Shown here: positions 46,716 through 53,065 of the stretch, one piece after another
Layout: each line of letters begins with the position of its first letter
Position numbering within the stretch: position 1 is the stretch's first letter
NCBI GenBank assembly: GCA_031546715.1
Contig: JAVBKA010000086.1
Span: 1-53,065 of the forward strand
From: Oscillospiraceae bacterium
GTDB taxonomy: Bacteria; Bacillota; Clostridia; Oscillospirales; UBA929
Length of the DNA stretch: 53,065 nucleotides
Direction of reading: 5' to 3'
Notes under the pieces: generated by a model
What the model saw: the letters and a program-made list of their open reading frames with translations, nothing else
The model's database searches: none
What the model was told of the DNA's origin: nothing
Position numbers and translations under genes: made by a program

Positions 46716-46735
46716 CCCAATTCCCTCTATCATCG

Positions 46736-48604
46736 TCAATCCTCGTCTGACCGCACAGCCTTTTCTTTATAGAAAAATCTAGCAAGCAAAATAGTGCCCG
46801 CATTAAAAAATGCGTCAACAGCTACTGCCGCAACAGGAGGCAAAATGCCCGTCAAAACTCCTGCCAGACTGACTGCCTTCGCTGAGGCGGCAATAATCAG
46901 CACTGTTTTTGACAGTTTCACTGTCTGCACAGACTGGGACATGGCATTTATCAGCGGGGAAAACTTTGGAGACAGTGACGCTATATCGGTTCTTACAGGT
47001 TCGCCCAGTGCACCTATGACCGCCGTTACGGTAGCCGTGGTTAGGAGTGCGTGACTGTCGTTGGGTTTGCCTATGAACAGCGTTCCTCCACTGTTGGATG
47101 TTTCCGTTACCAGTTCCTTGAGTACTCGAATTTTGTCCGCCGGTTGGAGGTTTACATGGATATCCGAGATGCCCAGACGGTTGGCAAGTGTTTGGGTTGC
47201 GGTGATGGCGTCGCCTGTAATCATGGCGATATCAGTACCCATGCTGCAAAAAAACTGCACAGCTTCATTTGCCCCAGGGCGCATAGCGTCTGACATCATA
47301 AAGCAGCCTAAATATGTATTGTCAAGGGCTAGGTAAACGATGTTGCCTGGTTTTTCGTCTACTGTAATGCCCGCCTGTGTCAAAAATCTTGCTGAGCCTG
47401 CGTGTATGGTCTGCGATGAAAACTTTGCCACAACGCCCAAGCCCGGCTTTTCCTTAAAGGATTCCGGCGGATATCCCACGTCGCCGCAGTATTCACGGAT
47501 TGCTGTACCGATACGGCTGGTGCTTGGGTGCTGAGATATTGCGGCACAGCGGAGAAATGTCGCCCTGTCAATGCCCTTTGCAAGCTCTATGCCTACTACT
47601 GAGTAGTTGTGCTCAGTCAAAACACCGTTTTTATCGAATACCGTAAGCTTAGTTTTTGCAAGGTTTTCAACCACCTTGCCGTTGCGGATAATAACTCCCT
47701 GTCGCGCCGCTTCACTGGCGTTGAGCTTAAAGAACGTACCAATAGAAACGCTTACAGGCTTAACGGCTGCCAATAGCAACACCCCAACCGCCCTCGGCAG
47801 CCACAGTGCAAGCTCTGACTTAAATACAAATGGTATCACCACGCATACAATCGCGGCGACTAACATACCCAAGGCGATAAAAAGCTCAACGCCTTTGGGA
47901 AGAGACTGTAATTTTGAACCGTCCACCGCTGAATTGACACATTTTTCAAGCTCAATAGCAGGTGTGTCGTTCATAGGTTCAGCTTTAAGTGCCAGCAAGC
48001 CGTCAAAGTTACGAGTTCCCGCAATCAAAAAGTCACCCTCTTGAACGGAAATGCGTTCCTTGTCAGCTCCAAGCAGTTCGTAAGAGATTTCGCTGTTGCC
48101 CTTCATTATCAGCCCGTCTACAGGCACAATGCCGTCTGGCGGGACAATAAGCGCGTCTCCGTCCTTAACCTCAGTTCTCGGAACTTCGATGACTTGTTTT
48201 TTTCTAAAAACATGAGCCATTGTCGGTCTGGGGTCAAGTCCGTGATAACAAACCTTTGCAGAGGCCGCCTCTTGATAACGCTGTAAAAACAGCATTCCCT
48301 GCCAAATAAACACCGCCGCTACGCCCAGCCACGGAGTTTTTGTCGCCAAAGCGGCAAATGCGCCAAGCATCAGCAATATTTCAAAATAGGGGACGCCCTT
48401 TTTCCCTTTTCCAAAGGCCTCGATTAATAAATCCGCGGATATTATAAGCATCGAAAAAGCAAATAACGCTATGGAAACTCCGATAGGCGTAAAAAACCCT
48501 ATCCCAAAGGCGACTAAAGCTAGTACGGCTTTAGCGTAAAACAACGTACCGCTGCGTAATTTTAGAAACTGAAAAACAGCAGACAAACGCTTTTGCTCCT
48601 TCAT
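46736..48604 (-). CDS. P1B-type (heavy-metal) P-type ATPase-like membrane protein with degenerate catalytic motifs
   Basis: 622 aa. FDKNGVLTE replaces DKTGTLTE, MITGDAITA is retained, GKPNDSHAL replaces GDGINDAPAL, there is no TGES (GADK instead) and no CPC (KPV instead). Confidence 0.65.
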   Translation of the reverse strand: MKEQKRLSAVFQFLKLRSGTLFYAKAVLALVAFGIGFFTPIGVSIALFAFSMLIISADLLIEAFGKGKKGVPYFEILLMLGAFAALATKTPWLGVAAVFIWQGMLFLQRYQEAASAKVCYHGLDPRPTMAHVFRKKQVIEVPRTEVKDGDALIVPPDGIVPVDGLIMKGNSEISYELLGADKERISVQEGDFLIAGTRNFDGLLALKAEPMNDTPAIELEKCVNSAVDGSKLQSLPKGVELFIALGMLVAAIVCVVIPFVFKSELALWLPRAVGVLLLAAVKPVSVSIGTFFKLNASEAARQGVIIRNGKVVENLAKTKLTVFDKNGVLTEHNYSVVGIELAKGIDRATFLRCAAISQHPSTSRIGTAIREYCGDVGYPPESFKEKPGLGVVAKFSSQTIHAGSARFLTQAGITVDEKPGNIVYLALDNTYLGCFMMSDAMRPGANEAVQFFCSMGTDIAMITGDAITATQTLANRLGISDIHVNLQPADKIRVLKELVTETSNSGGTLFIGKPNDSHALLTTATVTAVIGALGEPVRTDIASLSPKFSPLINAMSQSVQTVKLSKTVLIIAASAKAVSLAGVLTGILPPVAAVAVDAFFNAGTILLARFFYKEKAVRSDED

Positions 48605-48652
48605 ACCAATTTGAATACATTAGAAATCTTGACACTACTTAACAATGCGGTT

Positions 48653-49723
48653 CTAGATAACCGTAGTCCAGCCCATGTCGTCCTCGATTTTGCCCCATTG
48701 TAAGCCTGTTAAATGGTCGTACAGCCTTTGTGAAAGTTGTCCCACTTCGTCGTTGTTGACGGTCATGGTGGCGTCTTTATAGGTAACTGAGCCGATTGGT
48801 GAAATAACGGCTGCTGTACCGGTTGCAAAGGCTTCGTTTAGAGTACCTGCTTGACTTGCCGCAAAAACCTCGTCAATGGAAATCATCCGTTCTTCGACCT
48901 TGATGTTCCATTTTTTAAGAAGCTGAACGGCACTGTCTCTAGTGATTCCGGGGAGAATTGTTCCCGCCAGCGGAGGGGTGATGACTGTATTGTTTATAAC
49001 GAAAAATGCGTTGGAGGTGCCGATTTCTTCAATATATTTGCGTTCCAATGCGTCCAGCCACATAACCTGAGTAAAACCTTTTTTCTTCGCTACCTCTTGG
49101 GCGCGAATGGTTGCGGCATAGTTGGCGGCAGTTTTTGCGTTACCCAGACCGCCACGGCAAGCTCTAACGTCCTCGTCCTCAACAAGAATACTTGTCGGTG
49201 CCATCCCACCTGAATAATATGCGCCCACTGGTGAAAGTATTATAATCATTTTATAAGTGTTTGACGCACGAACTCCCACAAATGGGTCGGTTGCAATGAG
49301 AAACGGACGAATATACAAGGATGAATCCGGCTGAGAGGGAATCCAGTCCATATCCGTTTTTACGGTGTCGATGATTGCTTTTATGAACAGCTCCTCGTCA
49401 ATGGCGGGTACACACAGCCGCTCGCAGGATTTGTTAAAGCGGCGCACATTGTCAAAATGTCTGAACAGGCGGATTTTACCGTCCACGCCGCGGTACGCCT
49501 TTAGTCCTTCAAAAATTTCCTGTCCGTAGTGGAGAACCATGCTTGCAGGGTCAAGCTCAAGGGGCGCATATGGTACGATTCTGCCGTTATGCCAGCCCTC
49601 TGTTTCTGAATAGTCCAGCAAAAGCATATGGTCAGAGAAATACTTACCAAAGCCCAAAGCGGTCTGGTCTGGCTTCTTTTTCGGTGAAATTGTTTTAAAT
49701 ACCGTAATGTTCATATAAGTCAC
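48653..49723 (-). CDS. ilvE: branched-chain amino acid aminotransferase
   Basis: 356 aa of class IV aminotransferase sequence (HYGQEIFEGLKAYR, GNAKTAANY). Confidence 0.9.
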   Translation of the reverse strand: MTYMNITVFKTISPKKKPDQTALGFGKYFSDHMLLLDYSETEGWHNGRIVPYAPLELDPASMVLHYGQEIFEGLKAYRGVDGKIRLFRHFDNVRRFNKSCERLCVPAIDEELFIKAIIDTVKTDMDWIPSQPDSSLYIRPFLIATDPFVGVRASNTYKMIIILSPVGAYYSGGMAPTSILVEDEDVRACRGGLGNAKTAANYAATIRAQEVAKKKGFTQVMWLDALERKYIEEIGTSNAFFVINNTVITPPLAGTILPGITRDSAVQLLKKWNIKVEERMISIDEVFAASQAGTLNEAFATGTAAVISPIGSVTYKDATMTVNNDEVGQLSQRLYDHLTGLQWGKIEDDMGWTTVI

Positions 49724-49731
49724 CTAACTCC

Positions 49732-50523
49732 TTATCTTTTGTTTCTGACGAAAATCAGCTTTCCGTTGCCCTTTTGCAAATTATCCCTAATATCAATTTC
49801 AAAACAAGCGCAAGCCTCCATCATTCTGGTAAGCTGCTTGTAGCCAAAGTTGCGACTGTCAAAATCAGGCTGTTTTTTTTGCAACAGTCCGCCTACCTCG
49901 CCTAAATACGCCCAGCCGTCGTCATCGCCTACATCGTCAATGGTGTCTCCAATGAAGTCGATAATACTTTGAGGAATATTTTCGGCAATTTTAACGGTCT
50001 TTCCGTTGGTTTCAGGCTCAGCGGGCGCAGGTTGCACGCCTCCGTTGGGCTTTTTAGCGGGCTTGGGCTTATCAATTGAGAGTTTGTTGCGGTCGTTAAT
50101 AATTTCGATGTAAATAAACTTGTCACAGGCGACAATAAAGGGCGACGGAGTTTTTTTCTCCCCCATGCCGTACACCTTCATGCCCGCTTCTCTAAGCCTT
50201 GTGGCAAGCCGTGTAAAATCGGAATCGGAGGATACAAGGCAAAAGGCGTCAACCTTACCTGAGTACAAAATGTCCATAGCGTCAATAATCATGGCACTGT
50301 CTGTAGAGTTTTTACCCTGAGTGTAGCCATATTGCTGAAAAGGAGTTATAGCGTTTTCAAGCAGGGCTGATTTCCAGCTCTGCATAGAGGGACTTGTCCA
50401 GTCACCGTAAATACGTTTTATTGTTGGAGTTCCATAAACTGCAATTTCCTCCATTATGCCCTTGATGCTCTTTCTGGGTGCATTGTCTGCATCAATCAAA
50501 ACGGCGATTCGTAGTTCTTGCAT
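49732..50523 (-). CDS. NYN-domain (LabA-like) protein with C-terminal OST-HTH/LOTUS domain
   Basis: Contains VLIDADN and LVSSDSDFTRLATRLREAGMKVYG, typical of NYN. The C-terminal part after the linker (GWAYLGEVGGLL...FGYKQL) is LOTUS-like. Confidence 0.75.
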   Translation of the reverse strand: MQELRIAVLIDADNAPRKSIKGIMEEIAVYGTPTIKRIYGDWTSPSMQSWKSALLENAITPFQQYGYTQGKNSTDSAMIIDAMDILYSGKVDAFCLVSSDSDFTRLATRLREAGMKVYGMGEKKTPSPFIVACDKFIYIEIINDRNKLSIDKPKPAKKPNGGVQPAPAEPETNGKTVKIAENIPQSIIDFIGDTIDDVGDDDGWAYLGEVGGLLQKKQPDFDSRNFGYKQLTRMMEACACFEIDIRDNLQKGNGKLIFVRNKR

Positions 50524-50554
50524 ACAGCAACTCCTTTCTAACGGATAATTTGCT

Positions 50555-50583
50555 ATTTTAATCTAAAGCGGCACTTATGTCAA
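50555..50583 (-). promoter_or_regulatory. putative promoter for the NYN-ilvE transcription unit
   Basis: On the - strand TTGACA (50583-50578), 17-nt spacer, TAAAAT (50560-50555). Confidence 0.5.
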
Positions 50584-50731
50584 GTGGGGGTCTAGCCCTC
50601 GCACTGGTAATTTTGCGGTACAATTGGGTATTATTGGAGTATTTTATAAAAATAAATTTGATTTTAGACGCTATTTCAATTATAATCTTTACATTCAGCG
50701 GTACGCCCGTATACAGCTTAGGAGAAGGTAC

Positions 50732-51292
50732 ATGTCAAAAATTTTATCTTACGGAAAACACGCTCTGTTTTATCTGTTTTTAGCCGCCTATGTTCTCTTA
50801 CTGGCTCAAATATTAATATTTAAAAATGTTTCACCTCAAGATATTCTAAGCGCAGATAGATATATTTACAGAACCTTTAACTTTATTCCGTTTAAGTCCA
50901 TAATAGGGTATTTTCACGGTAAAAATATATGGATTTCCTTAATGAACGTCGTTGGTAACATCGTAATTTTTGTGCCGTTAGGGATATATTTTCAGATTTT
51001 TTGCCGTAATAAAAAAATCTTGAGCAGCGTCTTGCTAGTATTTGCTTTTAGCCTATTTGTAGAAGTCGCCCAAGGCTTCTTAGCAATCGGAGCAACCGAT
51101 GTTGACGATGTTATTTTAAACACCTTGGGCGGTGCTGTTGGCGTACTTATTTATAAATTTTTATTTTCGGTGCTGAAGGACGAAAATAAAGCTAGAACGG
51201 CAACGACTGTTGTTTTTGGCGTTGTGTGTCTGTGCGCTTTGGCTTTCGTGGGTATTGTCAGGGCGTCTGGGTTGATGATTCGGTTTTTGTAG
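50732..51292 (+). CDS. VanZ family membrane protein
   Basis: Contains NFIPFKS, NIVIFVPLG and EVAQ...G.TDVDDVILNTLGG, typical of VanZ. AGGAGAAGG lies before the ATG at 50732. Confidence 0.75.
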   Translation: MSKILSYGKHALFYLFLAAYVLLLAQILIFKNVSPQDILSADRYIYRTFNFIPFKSIIGYFHGKNIWISLMNVVGNIVIFVPLGIYFQIFCRNKKILSSVLLVFAFSLFVEVAQGFLAIGATDVDDVILNTLGGAVGVLIYKFLFSVLKDENKARTATTVVFGVVCLCALAFVGIVRASGLMIRFL

Positions 51293-51406
51293 TTGTTGGT
51301 GGTGTGGGGATTATTTTCTAACATTAACGAATTATTTGAGGAAGTTTAAATCACTGGTAAAGTGCGTGCGCTTTATCGCTTTGCCGTGACATTATGAGGT
51401 ACGTAT

Positions 51407-51958
51407 ATGCATTTACTCTACGACACCTTCTGCAAAAAAATACGATGGTATTACATTGCGGCACTATATATTCTTCAAATGGCTATATTTCAAGTTATGA
51501 TGCGAGTTATTTTCCCCGTGGTTGAGAAAAATTTAGGGGATTATCATGTTCTTGATATGGTAAAGCAAGGTTATAACAGCGAGTATGTTGCAAAGCTTCT
51601 CTCTCTGATGGACGAAGCATCAAAAAATATGTATTTGCATGTACAAATGCCCCTTGATTTCTTATATCCGGTGATTATGGCTGGGGTTTTCTTCTTGATT
51701 TTCGCAAAAACATGGCGTAAGCCTTGGTATGTGTGCTGTGTCCTGCCCTTATTACTGATTATCTTTGACTGGACAGAAAATGTGTGTATTCTGCTGCTCT
51801 TTTCCGATAATCTTATTTCCGAAAGAATTGTAAAAATCAGTAGCTTTTGCACACAGGCAAAGTCAATTGTCGGCGACTATGTGTTGTATTATCTTGCGAT
51901 TCTCTCCATCGGGGTATCGGTTATGAGGTTTGTTATCCGAAGATATAAGCGCAGTTGA
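51407..51958 (+). CDS. hypothetical membrane protein
   Basis: 183 aa with about 5 hydrophobic helices. No motif recognised. Confidence 0.55.
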   Translation: MHLLYDTFCKKIRWYYIAALYILQMAIFQVMMRVIFPVVEKNLGDYHVLDMVKQGYNSEYVAKLLSLMDEASKNMYLHVQMPLDFLYPVIMAGVFFLIFAKTWRKPWYVCCVLPLLLIIFDWTENVCILLLFSDNLISERIVKISSFCTQAKSIVGDYVLYYLAILSIGVSVMRFVIRRYKRS

Positions 51959-52033
51959 TGGTGTGGGGGTGTTGCCCGATTGACCTGTTATTTTATGAAT
52001 GTATCAAATAAATGATGACAAGGAGAAGTTATC

Positions 52034-52558
52034 ATGAACAATTTACCGCAAAGAAAACACGTTCGATTAAAAAATTACGATTACGGCGACAATGGCGCAT
52101 ATTTTATAACGTTCTGCATTAAAGATAGGCACGAATTGTTAGGCGCGCTTGTTGTAGGGAACGGCGTCCTCGACGTTCCGAAGGTTGAGTTATCTGAACT
52201 TGGAGAGATTGTTGAAAAGCAAATTATTGAGCTGGATAATCATTATGACCATGTGGATATTAATAAATACATCATTATGCCTAATCATGTGCATATGATT
52301 GTGATTGTGAAAGACCAAAAAAGCGGTGTGTCGGGGACGCAGAGCGGTGTGTCGGGGACGCCACACCCTACAAATGCGGTTATTCCATCGTTACTTTCTA
52401 CGCTTAAACGGTTCACAAATAAAAGAATTGGTTATTCAATATGGCAATCCTCTTACCATGATCATATTATCCGTGACGAATTAGATTACCAAAACCATTG
52501 GCAATACATTGACGAAAACCCGGCTAAATGGGCAGCAGATAAATATTATGAAGGTTGA
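52034..52558 (+). CDS. IS200/IS605-type Y1 (HUH) transposase-like protein, RayT-like
   Basis: 174 aa with the HUH motif MPNHVHMIV and the catalytic-Tyr region WQSSYHDHIIRDE, a single-domain size. AAGGAGAAG SD. Confidence 0.8.
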   Translation: MNNLPQRKHVRLKNYDYGDNGAYFITFCIKDRHELLGALVVGNGVLDVPKVELSELGEIVEKQIIELDNHYDHVDINKYIIMPNHVHMIVIVKDQKSGVSGTQSGVSGTPHPTNAVIPSLLSTLKRFTNKRIGYSIWQSSYHDHIIRDELDYQNHWQYIDENPAKWAADKYYEG

Positions 52559-52611
52559 AGAAATGTCGTTGCTGTTATATTGACATCAAGCGGATAAGTG
52601 AAAAATGCAGA

Positions 52612-53065
52612 GATTCAAGGCGGGGACGTAAAGCGGTGTGTAAGGACGCGGGGCGGTGTGTCGAGGACGCCACACCCTACACGTGCGGTTATGCTTTCTA
52701 ATACGAATTGTTGGGCGCGGTTGTTGTAGGGAACGGCGTCCTCGACGTTCCGAAGGTTGAGATATCTGAACTTGGGGAGATTGTCGAAAAGCAGATTATT
52801 GAACTGGATAATCATTATGCCAAATCACGTGTATGTGATTGTGGTTGTGAAAGACAAAAAGGCGGTGTGTCGGGGACGCGGGGCGGTGTGTCGGGGACGC
52901 CACACCCTACATGTGCGGTTATCCCGTTGTTGCTATCTAAGGCGTTGGGAACGGTTGTTGTAGGGAACGGCGTCCTCGACGTTCCGATGGTTGAGTTATC
53001 TGAACTTGGAGAGATTGTCGAAAAGCAGAAGACAAAAGAGCGGTGTGTCGAGGACGCCACACCCT
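52612..53065 (+). pseudogene. array of decayed partial copies of the internal part of the RayT-like gene (runs off the window)
   Basis: 52701-52955 is collinear with about 52130-52420, with a 31-bp deletion between ATCATTATG repeats. 52954-53065 restarts the same segment with a larger deletion. 52612-52700 repeats the GGTGTGTCG(G/A)GGACGCCACACC module. Confidence 0.75.

Larger units (their letters stand above)
43305..46716 (-). mobile_element. AT-rich ~3.4-kb genomic islet (two-gene cassette, no recombinase)
   Basis: Clear compositional drop relative to both flanks. It has its own promoter, leader and terminator and is bounded by the 35-nt direct repeats. Confidence 0.5.

Noticed and set aside
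43305-46716. Searched the islet and its borders for an integrase, transposase, reverse transcriptase / retron ncRNA or tRNA attachment site.
   Set aside because: Only two ORFs are present and neither shows recombinase or RT motifs (no YxDD). There is no tRNA nearby. The only boundary signal is the 35-nt direct repeat. It is therefore described as an islet, not as a defined mobile element or retron.
46529-46720. 63-codon ORF upstream of the PRTase-like gene.
   Set aside because: It would start (TTG) upstream of the predicted -35 box and run through the promoter and leader hairpins, and it has no SD. It is most likely non-coding leader, although a leader peptide cannot be fully excluded.
52612-53065. 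Repeats with GC-rich hairpins considered as a CRISPR array.
   Set aside because: The intervening sequences are themselves repeated copies of the neighbouring transposase gene interior, not unique spacers. Repeat lengths and spacing are irregular, and no cas genes are present.

Overview
The window looks like a chromosomal segment of a Firmicute, probably a Clostridia / Oscillospiraceae-like organism. That guess rests only on gene content and order, and G+C looks like roughly half by eye. Most of it is housekeeping. On the + strand there is a tRNA-Gly, a complete nine-gene V/A-type ATPase operon (G-I-K-E-C-F-A-B-D order), rlmB and hom-thrB-lysC. On the - strand there are lepA, a split transketolase, glyQS, ilvE and the full S10-spc-alpha ribosomal protein supercluster from rpsJ to rplQ (26.4-42.9 kb), including secY, adk, map, infA and rpoA. 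Accessory content is as follows. (1) A visibly AT-rich islet of about 3.4 kb (43.3-46.7 kb) sits directly upstream of the S10 operon promoter. It has its own promoter, leader and terminator and two tightly coupled ORFs. One is a 610-620 aa protein with an N-terminal phosphoribosyltransferase-like (PRTase) domain, and the other is a 399 aa helical protein I cannot place. The islet is flanked by 35-nt direct repeats (32/35 identical) that duplicate the -35/UP part of the S10 promoter. This is my best candidate for an undescribed defence or toxin-antitoxin-like system. (2) A HEPN/MNT toxin-antitoxin pair lies beside decayed TA remnants. (3) A structured repeat element of about 145 nt occurs twice, once inside the V-ATPase operon and once upstream of lysC, with compensatory base changes between copies. 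(4) A RayT/IS200-like Y1 transposase gene at the right edge has REP-like hairpins inside its own coding sequence and decaying partial copies downstream. (5) A heptad-repeat (21-bp tandem) coiled-coil gene is interrupted by an in-frame TGA. (6) Two P-type-ATPase-like membrane proteins have degenerate catalytic motifs. (7) Ribosomal proteins S3, S10 and L24 carry unusual extensions, and there are long structured spacers inside the r-protein operons. No rRNA or CRISPR array was seen. All functional calls come from reading the translations and motifs by eye, and no database searches were run.
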